From Monocercomonoides exilis PA203 (Eukaryota; Protista; Preaxostyla), in NCBI GenBank assembly GCA_001643675.2, contig LSRY02000036.1, forward strand, positions 124,001-188,000: DNA of 64,000 nucleotides, given 5' to 3'. How positions within the stretch are numbered: the first letter of the stretch is position 1; each line of letters opens with the position of its first letter. The translations under genes and the position numbers were made by a program. Below the pieces are notes generated by a model, which was not told the origin of the DNA, did no database searches, and was given only the letters and a program-made list of their open reading frames with translations. Positions 1-13,496 of the stretch are shown here, one piece after another.

Positions 1-207
1 CTGTGGAGGAGCTGCAGGTTCTGCTGCTGGCTGTTGGCTGATTGGAGAAGAGTGGCACACAACAAGGAAACAGTGCGGAGGATGGGGAAGGCCCAGATCT
101 CGGCATAAGGGGAGGCAGAGGCAGCGGTGATGATTGCCTGGAAATGAGATGTGCGCAAAGAGATTTGGGAAGAAGAAGGTTTTGCAATGGAAGCAAATGA
201 AGAAGAG

Positions 208-372
208 GACAAAGAAGAAGAAGAAGAAGACAAAGAAGAAGAAGAAGAAGACAAAGAAGAAGAAGAAGAAGACAAAGAAGAAGAAGAAGAAGACAAAGAA
301 GAAGAAGAAGAAGACAAAGAAGAAGAAGAAGAAGAAGAAGAAGAAAGAGGAGGAGGAGGAGGAGGAAGAGGA
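208..372 (+). repeat. 21-bp tandem repeat (GACAAAGAAGAAGAAGAAGAA x6) running into GAA/GGA tracts; reads DKEEEEE in ORF 151-378
   Basis: Units start at 208, 229, 250, 271, 292, 313. All three upstream + frames are stopped, so it is probably a decayed coding remnant. Confidence 0.9.
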
Positions 373-2119
373 ACATGAAGCTGGTTGAGAGCTAGCCACC
401 AAATGCGGAATGTGCTTTATAGAGCGAGAAAATGAGAAATGCTACCAGGGAGACTCAAACGACATAGGAGGAACTTAGTCCTTGTCATATGACTCTGAAA
501 ACCGCTTTGTATCTCTTTCAACTACCTTCGGTGTTCTGCAGCTTGTTATTTCAACATGGAACAATGAATGACTTTAATGCTTATGTGAGTGTCTGCTTCA
601 TTGTTGCTTGCACAATCTTTCCAATCCTTTCAAATGGCAAATGAATATTCGACCTCTTCTTCTCCTTCTCATTCTCATTCTCTCTCTGCATCGTCCATCC
701 CAGCTTCCACTTCTCCGCTTCAATTTCTTAATTATTCATTCTCTCTCTCAGTGAACGTGCTCAAACGGATTAAAACCACAACAGAAGACAAGTGCACAAA
801 GGGTAAAAAGCAACAGGAAAGCGAGCAACTAAAGAATTTGGCAGAGAAAATTACACATACGAAGAGGAATACGAAGAAGAATGGAAAGAGGAGGTGGAAG
901 AGCTGGATGTTTGTGGGAAAGCATCAGGAAAGAGATGTGAATGAGCACAAGGCGAGCCAACTACCGACGAATAGGATGAAGAAGCGACTGAAGATTTGGA
1001 ATTATAATTGGAGATAGAAGGAGACAGATTTGAAATAGCAGAAGAAGATAAAGAAGAAGACATGCTAAAGGGCGAAGAGGAAAAGAAAAGAGGAGAAGAT
1101 CCATTATAATTCCTGTTTTGAACAATCTCATCAATTGGAGTGGAAGCATTGAAGAAGAGAGAAGAGACACAGCTGGACAGATCAGAGCTGCATTTAGCGA
1201 GTGTGTCGCGACCGATCCAAAAGGCAGTTGAAACGCACCGCTTTGGAATTCGACTGATTAACTGAGAAGAAATAAAATGGAAGAGGAAAAAGATGAAGAA
1301 GAAGACGATGATAATGATAGCGATGACGATTTTCACTTGAGTCATTCTGCTGTTTCATTTCTTCTTTTTCTTCAATATCTTCTTCTTCATCGGTTGTTGT
1401 GCTTTCATTCATTCCAATGGGAATGATGTCTGACGTGATGAGTGCTGCCCTCAAAAGCGACAGGTCGTCTTTGCTGAGAGAGAAGCAGTCGTCGATGGTG
1501 AACAGCACGAAATCTCTCAGCTGATCGCAGGAAACGAGATGGATGACTGGCTGTGGGATGAGGGGAAACATAGCAACAATCGGTGGAATGTGTGTGGGAA
1601 AGGACAATAGCTCCGTTGGTGAAGAAGAAAGTTAAAAAGAAGAAGATGGTGAAGAAGGAAAAGATGCTGTTATAGAATTGGAAATATCAATGAAGAGTTA
1701 AAATAAAATTGAAAAATCAACAAACAATAACGGAATTCAGAAAGTGAAAAGATATTCACAAAGATGTGTGGAAGACAGAATGCATGACATAGAAGATATG
1801 TTGAAAGCCATAAAAGGACTTCGAACATATTCATAGAAAAGAAGTGAGATTGTATTGAAAAGAGCAACAAACGCAACACATATTCTCCTTATCGTTTACT
1901 TCCATCACAAATATTGCTTTCAGTTTCCTCATTCAGATGTTCTTCTTTTTATTTGCTCATTGACATTAACGCTTTTCAAGAACGATCTTAAAATATGCTG
2001 TTTATTCATGAAAATATTGATTGATATTTTTGTGAAAATCAAAAAAGAAAACAGATAATTTATTGTTTTTTTTATATTTATTGAAAGTATTGTGAAATGA
2101 AAACACTTTTGTCAAAAGG

Positions 2120-4880
2120 CTAAATAGTTAAAAGAGCATTAAGAGCTTCTAATGATAGGGAATGCCTTCTGTCACCAGAGATCCTTTTCATTCTTGAAAA
2201 AATACGTTCACAGCTTGCTTCGCTGCATGGAGACGAAACTAATGAAAAACAGATGTTTGAGTATATAGTTTGAATAGGTCCTTTCTTTGTGATCTCTGCG
2301 TAAAACTTTTGTATGTCGTCTTCATATATGAAGCTTGGTGCTTCATTCAAAAATTCCAGAAACAGTTTGAAGCATATATCTCTGATTTCTTTCGATTGAT
2401 TTGATAAAACTGTTGTAATATATCTTTCAAAACTTTGTCTAATTCGTGTATCCCAGCAAGATGATATGGAACACACCACTTGATCACAAACTTCTTTCTC
2501 TTTTTCTGGTTCCAGACGGGAAATCAAACTAATCTTCTGGTTTGAAAACAGCACCTCCACATCATCTGTCCCATATTCTATTTCATCTGTTCCCTCTTCC
2601 ATTGAATCTTCAAGTGAGTCATGAGAATTATCTTCGAAAACAAGCGTTTGAGAAGATGTCAAGCATGTTGAAGAAAAACTTTCAGAAGAAGAAGAGCAGG
2701 AGGAAGCAGCTGAATGAATTGAAGAAGATTCATTCATGGTTTCATCTTTTTTCTTTTCGCTTTGTTTGAAGGGTTCGGACATAAAAAATTCATCATCTTC
2801 TGAACAATCTTCAGCCATGCATAAGCCAAACAAGTCCTCTTCACTAGACTCTGTCTCGCTTTCTTCACTTTTGCTTTCCTCTCTTGAAGTTTCTATAGTT
2901 TCAAATTCTGAACGCTTGAAATTGGACACCGTGCTGATAATGCAGTGAATTTCTTCGATAATTTCAATTGATTGAAAACTTTCATCTTCCTTGATTCCAT
3001 TTCTTATCAACTTTGTCATCGGGACACAATTGTCCTTTATTTCATGAAGTTCATCTGACACATGGTTCAATGCTTCAAAAAAACAGTCGTTTGTTAAAGA
3101 ATAACAAACAGATTGATGTTGTTGTTCCGTAAGACTTAGAGATGAATGATTTGAAACATCTTTTTCATTATGATCGGAAGAATTTGTTTTTAATTGATCC
3201 TTGAACGGTCGCTTTGAATCATTGCTTGAATTTGATATGGTTATATTTTTTTCTTTATCTAGATGATTGACGCTTGTTTCAATTGACGACGAAGATGATG
3301 GAAGTTTGGATGAAGTATTTGAAGCGCAAATGATAGGTGAACGTGTGAATGATGAATATTCCGAAGCTGAAGAGGATTGTTGTAATGAGATTAATTGCTT
3401 AGGCTCTGAATTCAACGGTAAACAAGAAATAGATTTTTCTGCTTCAAAAAAAGAAATTGAAAATTTATTTCGAATGTAATTTTGAAGTCCTGTTGGAGAC
3501 AATACATACGATAATGATATTAACTCACCAGTGTTCCCGGTTAACATGTAATTATGGAATATTATTATAAAATTAACGAAAACATTTTTCCATTCTGTTT
3601 CTTTAATAAATGAAAGATTTTTGATTCCATATAGCAAACCGAATGCATTCAGCACCTTTGGAAAGACATTTCCCATCTTTGTTCTTTCATTTTCCATTTC
3701 CAAATGTAATTTTTGAATTGGAAAAAGTAGAAGTTCTGTGATTATAATGTTTCTTATTTGATCGAATTGTAATAATTTTTCGTGAAATATCTTTTCTCTG
3801 TTTTTTCTTATAAAGCAACAAATAGAATACAAGCACAGCCATCTCGTTTGAATAAATGTCGGACATTTCCGTTTCAAGGATTTTTTCATAGAAGAAGTGC
3901 GGGCATTTTTTGCAAATTCTGTAATTATTGTTTTCTGGTTCTTCAGAAAAGGGATTTCAGAAAACGCGTGAACAATAACCAAATTCAACAAATGATTCAT
4001 ACAGTAAACGAAAAATGGAGCAGCCTTTAAATTTTCTATTAGTAATTTTTCATTATCTTCCATTGGAATTGTAATATTTTCAATTGCTTTTTTTTGAGGA
4101 CTTAAGCCATCCGAACAAAAACATCGAACATGCGCGTTGATTAGTGCCAGTTCCCGAATTACTGTCCAAGCTAGTTTTCTGTACTGCTTTGCATTGTTGC
4201 AGCATGGATATGCTTTCCAAAACACTGATGATGCATTTGGTACCAATGGAGCTATCGTAACAACTGTGCACTTCTGATTTCCCACAACACCTGAATCCAT
4301 CATAACGCACACGCCCATTCCCCTCAGTGCTGTATCACGCTTCTGTTTTGCAAATTCACTGTCCTCAATAACCATTCTTCGTATTTTCTTTCTTGTAAGG
4401 AATGGGAAAATGTTTGACGGAGACAGTCCTGGATTCATTTGAGATAAATGAATTAAGGCTGTGATAAAATTATTAAATTCTTCTGAAGACGCTGATAAGA
4501 AAGATATGTTGCAATGGCTTATTATTTTCGTAAATAAAGTCTGTAAATTGGTGGATGTGCTCTGAATCAGTGTTCTTTCTTTGCTCTCCCTTATGCGATC
4601 GATTTTTTGAAGAGCTTTCTTCTCTTTGAAAGAAAACATAATGCGATTTTCTAATAAAAAACAACGATGATTTCTTATTGCAACGTAACTGCGACGACCA
4701 CTTGTTCCACATGTTTGATTACCACGAACATTTGGGCATAAATATTGTTTATGATATTCTTTTGTTGGAGAGCCATCAATGTTAGAAGGAAAAAATGTAA
4801 TCCATATTTGATTATTGATGACCTCTAAAGATATTCTGGTTAAATATTCATTACTTTTCTTTGGGTGCTTGTAAACTTTT
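2120..4880 (-). mobile_element. hAT-superfamily DNA transposase (ORF 2120-4639 plus an open upstream frame with a putative BED-like zinc finger)
   Basis: Motifs: VMMDSG (D1), FCSDG (D2), YCMNHLLNL (CxxH), QTRWL (TRW), and C-terminal SPCSEASCERIFSRMKRI..RRHSL (catalytic E / hATC dimerisation domain). The frame stays open upstream of the ATG at 4639 to about 4880 and reads YLCPNVRGNQTCGTSGRRSYVAIRNHRC. Confidence 0.88.
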
Positions 4881-5802
4881 CTAATATTATCAAAGCAAAA
4901 AAATATTAAAGATTTAGCAACATCATACTTGCTCCTTTTTCATATGATCCCACTTGCTCCAGTTTTAGAAAACAACATCCGTGATTGTTCAATTCTTCCA
5001 TTTTTCTAGCAAAAGCCAGTTTCTGATTAAGCGACACAAAAAATCATGCTTCAATTATCAAAACAAACGAAGCTAGTTATTAAACGCACGAACTATTTGA
5101 TTATCCACCAAGGCATTCTGAAATTCACTTAAAAGATTTTCACATTCAAACATGTTGGGTTTTGACATGAAAATTTTTCAAAGTCAAAAAAAGATCGACC
5201 AGTCTGTGACTTGGGCAATTTTCAAAAAAAACTGATCCGGTCAAAACCCATAAACGGATGCTTTTTTTCTAAAAAAGTTTTTTCAGATTATTATATATTC
5301 AATAAGAATTTTTTTTTCTTTTAATCTTAATTTTTTTTTTCATTTTGAAATTATAAAGTGCATGAAAAATGAACTGTTAAACTTATGTATTATTTAAATA
5401 AAATTTAACTGTATTTTGACTTCAATCATTTTTAAAGTCAGTCAATAACAAATTTTCCAAAGTCAAAAGTCTGAAGTCACCCAGGCTTATTCCATCCATA
5501 ACTTCGATTTGAAAATATTGAATGAAATAATTGTTTAAAAAATAATCATCCATTTAAAAAAATGAATTATCTCATATTTTTTTTTTCCAAAAATGGCTGA
5601 ATTTCAATTTCTGTCATCCAATATAATTCAACAATTATCAATTTCTGAATGAAACCAGAATTTGTTGTGTACGTTGATAATTACAACTGGCAGATACTTT
5701 TTTATTAGCACAATTGCAATCATAAATAACGAATATTTTTTTTGAAAGTTGTTTATGATCATATATTGTGTAATTTAAATTGGATCATAGTTTATTCATA
5801 AA

Positions 5803-7038
5803 ATGGAAAAAGAATTGGAAGAAGTTGAAAATGCAAACATTCCACAGCAAATTTGTGAGTTTGCAAATAATTTGAATGAGAGCCAGCGAACAAAATGCAT
5901 GGACCTGTTTTCGAGATGCGCTCCTTGTTTGCCTTTGCCATCTGAATTGGAACAGTTTGGAGGAACTCTCAGTGTTTCCGAAAAGGCCGCATTTTGGCAA
6001 ACTATTTCTCGTTTGCAGAGCCAGCAGGAAAGCAATGAGCCTCCGTCAAGCTTGCCTACCTTAGAAATCGATAATTCGTCTCTTCATACCATGCCTGCAT
6101 TTGAAGAAGTGGGCAATGCACGCCCTGCTACCGCTGTCGTTGGTGCCGGAACAACTGCGGTTTCGGGAGATCCGGCTCCAAAGAATAAGTGGGAACTGAG
6201 CTTTGTTGCACCAATTATCGATGAATTAGGCGTTCCGTCTCGGAAGTATTTTTCTGATCTTGTGAAGAAGTCCCCCGTAGTTGGAGTGGATGAAAACGAT
6301 AAGACCCCTTATTCGAGCTCAACAGAAGTTCAACGCGCGGCTGCAAGGATAGCCATCGAAAATAACACTTTTCAGAGAGACAGGTTCCTGGACGAGGATC
6401 AAAAAGCTATTATTTCTGCATTCAAGCGGGAGTGGGAAAAGGACAAAAAACGAGTAGCGTGCAACAAACGATATTGCATCTGTGAGACTACATTTTACAT
6501 TTATATAAGCATTATATTTTTGATTTGTCTCATTTTCATAATGTTAGCAAGCTTAACGTTCGGAACGGAAGCGCCAGTTATCTCCTTTATTCCATTTATT
6601 GTTGTTGGGGTGTTGCTTGTTGTACTGCCTATGTCGCTGTGTGCTTGTGCTTACTTCTGTGTTGGGCCAAATTATTGGGGAAAAGTTAGAGATTTGACAT
6701 CAGATGAATTAGATTCTGTTCTGAGAGAAATCACAAGGCCGTGTGTGGAGCAGAGGGTGAAAGATTGGAGGAGGAAAAAGGAGTGGAGATGGCTGATGTC
6801 AAGGAAAGAAAGAAAGGAGGAAGAAAAAATTGACAAAGAGGAGGAAGAACAAAAGATAAAGGAAGAGAAAAGAAGAATAGAAAGAGAAACCGCAATAGAA
6901 ATGGAGATGAAGTCAAAACAGGCTCTATCAGAAAGAGGCAAAGAATCAGAGAACTTGATATTTAGTGGTTCGTATGAAGCTAATGCGGCTGCTGTGGATG
7001 TTGGAACAGGAGCATTTGACAAAAATGAAGTTTATTAA
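5803..7038 (+). CDS. Hypothetical membrane protein, two TM helices, charged C-terminal coiled coil
   Basis: 411-aa ATG ORF. Hydrophobic segments FYIYISIIFLICLIFIMLASL and VISFIPFIVVGVLLVVLPMSL are flanked by Cys clusters. Confidence 0.75.
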   Translation: MEKELEEVENANIPQQICEFANNLNESQRTKCMDLFSRCAPCLPLPSELEQFGGTLSVSEKAAFWQTISRLQSQQESNEPPSSLPTLEIDNSSLHTMPAFEEVGNARPATAVVGAGTTAVSGDPAPKNKWELSFVAPIIDELGVPSRKYFSDLVKKSPVVGVDENDKTPYSSSTEVQRAAARIAIENNTFQRDRFLDEDQKAIISAFKREWEKDKKRVACNKRYCICETTFYIYISIIFLICLIFIMLASLTFGTEAPVISFIPFIVVGVLLVVLPMSLCACAYFCVGPNYWGKVRDLTSDELDSVLREITRPCVEQRVKDWRRKKEWRWLMSRKERKEEEKIDKEEEEQKIKEEKRRIERETAIEMEMKSKQALSERGKESENLIFSGSYEANAAAVDVGTGAFDKNEVY

Positions 7039-8352
7039 AACGCATATTTTAGAGCAACGAACAATTGATCAAGAAAACTTTTTATTTTGTTTTTATGTAT
7101 GTTCGAATTAAATTCAGTTAAAAGATCAATTGGTTTTTGTGAAAAATCATGTCTTTATTTACACTTTATATGTTCAAAATTCCAAACTTGTTTTTTTTTT
7201 TTTTTAATTTTATTTTATTTTATTTTTCGACTGGAATTTAGAGATTTGATTGATTTCTTTCCTTTTTGAGGTGAATTATTTGTATGTTGAAGTATTTGAT
7301 ATATATATATATTTTTTTTCCTTTAATATTTTTTCAAAAATTTTGGTTTTTTTGTTTGTCGTACCATAATGTTGAATGTTGGAGTGTTTTTGATATGTAT
7401 AGGGTTATTGTAAATATTGTGATACGATACACGTTGACTTTATTTATGTTATGTGCTTTTCGAGCAACACGGAATAAAGTTGAGAGGGGAATAGTTTCAT
7501 TTTAAACAAGATCAAAAGAATCTATTTTGATACATAAGATATTGTTTTGTTGACTGAAAAGCAAAGCATTTTTGGATAAATATCGAAGATTACTGCAAAA
7601 TAAATTCCACTCAAGATTGAAATTTTGCTTTATATTTTGAAAAAAAGTTATGAATATGAAAACGAGAGAGATGGAAAAGCTATCACTAAACTGAATGATT
7701 TGTCTCGAAGCTTTCTTGAATTTAAGAAAGCATTTTCAAAAAGAGATTACTCTATGAAGGAAAAAAAAAATGTTATTCGATTGATTAAAGCAAAAATCAA
7801 ACCAATACGAATCAATGAAAATTGTTTCTGTTCAACATTCACCATTTTTCATTCATTTTTATTTTATTTTATTTTTTTTTCCCAAAAAAATAAACAAAAA
7901 AAGGAAGTGAACATTCTTCACAGCTCGCAATATTCAATTTCAACAATAAGTTGCATTCAGATCTATTGCAGGATCAAAATGATATTATTATTAAATGTAT
8001 GAAAAGCAAATTTCCCCTCACGCAAACATTCCGATTACAACCAAAATACAATACAAACAACACCAAAAAAGAATTAAAAAAAAAAAATAAAAAATCTATT
8101 TCATTAGAAAGTTCACAAACAATAATAATTCTTAACAGTTTCTTCTCTGTTCAATAACTTAACTTGAGTTTAAAGGCTTCAAATAAATATAGTAAATAAC
8201 AGTTGCAAAACCTGATAATTAACTTCGAACAGCAAAACAAAGAAAGCCTTAATTGAACTCATTATCGCACTCAAAAAAGCTATTAAACTTTTAAAAAATA
8301 TAAATCAAAATCAAAATAAGGCTCGTGAACAATAAAATAAAAATCATTACGT

Positions 8353-9510
8353 TTAGTCATCGTCAAGTGTCAGAGAATAATCAATCATGCACTCAATGTA
8401 AAAGGCCCTGTCAATCGTTCCATCCGGATTCTTTGGTATCTGATCGAGAACCTTTTTGGCATCTGATAACGAAACCCCAAAAGTGTTGGGAAGAAGTGTA
8501 AGTGCATGCAAAACATTAGTGGGTTCGTAAGGCTTCGAAGGATCACTTGGATGCGGAGTGGAGTGGAAGTCCAACTTCTTTCGCAGATCTTCTCTTTCTT
8601 TTTCAGATATTTTCTTTTTCGGATAAAAAGGTGAATGACTAAAGCCAAATCCTTGACTCTTCATTTTTTTACTTCCAAAATCGCTATGGCCAAAGCTATC
8701 ATGATGACTTTCGTGATGAGAGCCCCAACCTCCTGATCCAGAATTCGATCCCCATCCGTGAGATGGAGGACCAGAAGGAGGAGCACCCCATCCAGGGCCT
8801 GAAGGGCCAGCAGGTGGAGCTCCCCAGCCGGGTCCCGAAGGCCCAGATGGAGGAGCACCCCAACCAGGGCCAGATGGCCCGGATGCAGGGGCCATCCAAG
8901 CAGGAGGCGAAGGCCCAGAAGGAGGAGCCCCCCAACCAGGTCCTGAAGGTCCCGACGGTGGAGCACCCCAACCTGGAGGTGGAGGTCCGCATGGAGGTGC
9001 GCCCCAGCCAGGTCCAGACGGTCCAGTTGGTGGAACGCCACAACCAAATGGCGGTCCTCCAGTTGGAGGAGTCATCGTTAAGCTCATTCCAGGCATCCCC
9101 ATAAAGCCTCTCATTGAAATCTGTGAACCTCCTCCTGAAGTTGGTCCAGCAGAAACGCTCATTCCCGGCATTCCCATAAAACCCCCAACAGAAACTTGAG
9201 ATCCTCCATCTGAAGTTGGTCCTGCTGACATCGAAAATCCTGGCATTGTTCCCATGAAACCTTTCATCGCTGCATCAGGAGTTGGAACGGTTCCCATTGT
9301 TAGATAATACATGCACGCTCCAACAAAATCATCCTCTGAAATATTTTTATCTTGAAGGGTCAACAATCTGTGTATTGTCTCTGCATCTTGATCTGATATT
9401 TCTTTTCCACACTTTTTAATTGCCTTTGCAATGTGTTTGGGTTTTATCTCATCCCCAAGTCTCTTTTTGTACTTTCTTCTCAAAGTCTCTTCATACTGTT
9501 GCGAAGACAT
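8353..9510 (-). CDS. Protein with degenerate EF-hand/calmodulin-like lobes at both ends and a Gly/Pro/Trp-rich repeat core
   Basis: ATG at 9510 (MSSQQ). N-lobe EIKPKHIAKAIKKCGKEISDQDAETI..QDKNISEDDF; C-lobe KNPDGTIDRAFY. Central GPSGPGWGAPPS repeats and three GFMG(T)MPG repeats. Confidence 0.7.
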   Translation of the reverse strand: MSSQQYEETLRRKYKKRLGDEIKPKHIAKAIKKCGKEISDQDAETIHRLLTLQDKNISEDDFVGACMYYLTMGTVPTPDAAMKGFMGTMPGFSMSAGPTSDGGSQVSVGGFMGMPGMSVSAGPTSGGGSQISMRGFMGMPGMSLTMTPPTGGPPFGCGVPPTGPSGPGWGAPPCGPPPPGWGAPPSGPSGPGWGAPPSGPSPPAWMAPASGPSGPGWGAPPSGPSGPGWGAPPAGPSGPGWGAPPSGPPSHGWGSNSGSGGWGSHHESHHDSFGHSDFGSKKMKSQGFGFSHSPFYPKKKISEKEREDLRKKLDFHSTPHPSDPSKPYEPTNVLHALTLLPNTFGVSLSDAKKVLDQIPKNPDGTIDRAFYIECMIDYSLTLDDD

Positions 9511-10161
9511 TTTACAAATTTCTTTCAAAATAGATCCGAACCATTTGCGTAAAACAACAAAGAAAAAATAATTCTATTATTATTGGAAAAAATAAGTTAA
9601 TTCGACAAGGCAAACTATGAAAGGCAAACATTTCACTAAATTTTTTCTGATAGTGTGCATATCGTTTATTTGTGGGGATGACTGATTTTTTAATTTTTTC
9701 AAAAATTTTCAAAAAAAAGACTATTTGGTGTGAAATGATAGTTTTGGAGGGAAGAGTTTTTTTAATTGTGTGAATTAAACAAATTATATTATTATATATT
9801 GACACAAAACTCGAGTTCAATGGAACATGGGGTGAAATACTCTCATTAATGAAAAAATAACATTTGTTTCAATCTTTTTCTGCAATCATTAAATTACAAC
9901 TCTCGAATTCTCTTGCAAAAAAACGCAAAAATATTCAAAAAGCAAAAAATTTCGTCCAACATGAATGATCCTTTTAGAAACCATTCTAAGTTAATATTTT
10001 CAAAATGTTTATTGAAATAAAATGCCATTAAATAAATACTTTCATTTCACAAATATAGCCGCAATATTATTTATTGAAAAAAAACATCAAAATTTAAAGA
10101 ATATAAATAAAAATTTGGTTAATAAAAATAAAAATAAAAATTAAAAAATAAAAAATAGCTT

Positions 10162-12632
10162 TCACGTGGAAATTCTTCTTGCAAGATTTTTAATTGCGAA
10201 TGTTTTCCCTCTGTAGGCTAATTCCTTCAATTGATTTACCACAACTTCATTGCTGTTCCATCTTGCCTGAATGTTTGAATCAAAGCAAACTTCTTCACCA
10301 TTCGCAGTGGTTAAAAGAGAGAGATAAAGTGCACGCATCGTGTATATCAAGACAGATGTGTCTTTGTCTGCCAAAAGTGTTTCAAGAGTTGCTAAGCCTT
10401 CATGGTTATTGAAAAATTTTCGGTTATCTGAAGGAAATATATATAAATATCGAATAAATGAATCAAAAATCATGGAATAATATAAATGGAAAAAAATAAT
10501 GTTTAAAAAAGAAAAGGGGGAAAAAAAAAATAAAACAGAGTAAAATAAAATAAAATAAAAATAAAAATAAAATAAAATAAATAAATTCTAATTCTCAAGT
10601 TTTTTACCAAAACACACCAACACATTCGTTCAAATAGCAGAAAGCCTGTGCACAGCGCCTGCGAACACTGACGCTGTCTGAAGAAGAGCGAACAACCAAG
10701 TTCTTCAGAATTGGCATCAGATACTCATTTTTAATCTTCATTTTTTTGCTAATCAAACAAAATGCACAAGACGCCCGCTCGTCAATGCACCTCATCACTT
10801 CCTCCTCTTTCTGCGTTCGCAATTCAATCAGTTTTTCATCATTCAGCTCTGATTCTTTTCTCCGCCTGCGTTTTTCATCTCGCTCAGCCGCTGCGTCTGC
10901 ATCGATCTCTGCAGAAGAGCTGGAATTCGACTCACCAACTGCCTGATTTATTGTATCACTTGCATTTCCCTCATGTTCAGAACAGAGGCCATGGCTATCG
11001 ACTTTGTTTCCATTTCCTTTAGCTTCTTCTTCCCCATCTTCTTCCTCTTCTTCTTCTTCTTCTTCCTCTTCTCCTCCTTCCTCCACGGGCAGCCCAACCC
11101 TCCACCTGTGCACCATCTCCACCAGCCCCACCCACTGCTGCATCGATGAATCTGCCCACGTGTTGCGGAAATACACTGCATAGCTATTCACATGCAGCTG
11201 ATCCTTCTCTACATCCTTCGCATAGATCTCCAGCGTGATGTCGCTGTCTGCTCTGAAATGGTCCTTTTCATAGGCTGCCTGCTCAGCTCCCCGGAAAGCA
11301 ATGCGATGGAGACACTCAACACACAGAAGAGGCACCTCCATGTCAATCTGTGACACCGCTTTCTCTCTCCATTCCCTCCACTCCCTCTTCACACGCCCCT
11401 TCGCACTTTGCCCTCTTTCAAGTGTGTTTGCAGAGGTATTCTCTTCTTCTGACTCAACTCCATTCTCCTCTGTATATGCTTTCTTTCTTTCATCGCTTTT
11501 CATCAAACTTTTTTGTTTCTTCTCTGACTTGTACAGCGATATCCACATCCTCATCTCCTCCTTGATTCGGTCTCTGTGCGCATTGACTGTTGCCACAAGG
11601 CGGGTGACGAGGTAGCTCCGAACCATCCGCTCCAGCACCGCCTTCGAACTGGCATTGCACAGCAGAGGAATGACAAACCACATTATTGATGATATGTTCT
11701 CACCAGATCCGCTGTTGCGAATGATGTGTGAGACAAACGAGGAATCTGAAGGAGAGGAACTGAGGAGCGGGCTGCGTGAAGACTGAGAAGAAGAAGAAGA
11801 GGAAGAGGAAGAAGAAGAAGACTGTTGATTCTGTTGTTGGCGTTGGCCTTCCAATGCCAAATGGTGTTTGGGATAAGAAACAAGCATGAAAAACAGGTTA
11901 GCCAAAGAAGAATTAGCGAACGTGTCAAGATTCAGCGTCGCATCTGGCCCTCCACTTCCAAAGCACTCTCGTCTGCCTGCAAACACATTCACAAACACAA
12001 TCAGCACAAAACACACCACCTTCGCCACAACTGCATACTCCAGTGGCGATGGGAGGGAGTTTGGATCGTACTGCGGGATAGGAGGGGGGATGTGCTGCTT
12101 CGAAGGGAGCAGAAGCGACAGCGCCTCAAACACAGTTTCGGCAGTGAACTTGCGCAGGCGCTGTTCTCGAATCACCACACGCTCCTCATCCTCGTCGTTC
12201 AGCACAGCCAGCAGCATCTCTTTCTCACTCAGCGGGGCAGATGAAAGCAAAGAGCGGAATTTGGCAATCAGATCTTCAACTGCATCGTCGGCTTCTTCTT
12301 CGTCTGCAAAGTGCTCAGCAACTGCAGGCTTCAGCCCTTTTCTAAGGCGCTCTATGAGTTCATCTTCAGAAGCATTCAGTTTCTGTTCAAGTTTCATGGG
12401 CATCTTCTGTTTAAGCACGATTTCTTCGATGGTGGGCTTGTGGACAACAAGGAGGCAGTTGAAGAAGATGTTGATGGCATACAGCCGGATTTCTGGATAA
12501 TAGAAGGAAGCACCCAGAGAACTGGATATGCAGTGAAATATTGCGTTATTTTGTTGGATTTAAAAAGATAAATACATTGAAAGATTAATTTAATTTGAAA
12601 AAAAGAAGAAAATTGAGGGGTTTTTAAGTTGA

Positions 12633-12663
<31 letters not shown>

Positions 12664-13413
12664 AAGAAGAAGAAGAAGAAGAAGAAGAAGAAGAAGAAGA
12701 AGAAGAAGAAGAAGAAGAAGAAGAAGAAGAAGAAGAAGAAGAAGAAGAAGAAGAAGAAGAAGAAGAAGAATATTAAAAAAAAAGATTGAACCAACAATAA
12801 TATTGAAAGGCACACTTGAACAATGAAAAGAACATATACACAGTGCTTTCGCTGATGATGATGTCTTGATACTCTGTCAGATGCGCAAGTGAAGCAAACA
12901 AGAAAATGGATTCACAAAAAAAGACATAGAAAAATAACAATTTATATTGAAAATCGTGTTTGATAAATTACAAAAGAATACATAAAGAAATCCATTTTTT
13001 TTTAAAAAATACATACATACATACATACATACAAACACACACACACATATATATGTTTAAAAAAAAAAAGAGTGAGAAAGAGAAAGAAAGAAAGAAAGAG
13101 AAGAAAAATATTTTCCGAAACATTCACACACCTTTAAGCTCGGAAAGAGCGAACAATGCCTGGACCGCCCTCAGCCTGATGTCCATTTTAGTAAAAGTCA
13201 GCGCCGTGTTCCAGAGGGACTTCACGAGTGGCTGCATCACATCGATAGAGAGAGCATCCGGATCGAACGGGGATGAAAGCGAATAAGGAGACAGAGACAG
13301 GAGGAAAGCGAGAGAGACGCTGATGATGTCGCGGTGGACGGAAAGGAGATGGATGCTGCTCGTGACATTATCCTGGGGAAGAAGAAAAAAAATGGAGAAG
13401 TTGGGATTGAAAA

Positions 13414-13496
<83 letters not shown>

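Noticed and set aside
589-2058. Short ORFs on both strands
   Set aside because: No motifs, multiple stops, low complexity; probably pseudogenic debris
690-2119. Search for the second hAT TIR and an 8-bp TSD (TTCCATCC)
   Set aside because: Only partial matches (about 693 and 1899), neither adjacent to a TIR-like sequence
12394-12826. Poly-L, poly-F and poly-R ORFs
   Set aside because: Translations of an intronic (GAA)n tract
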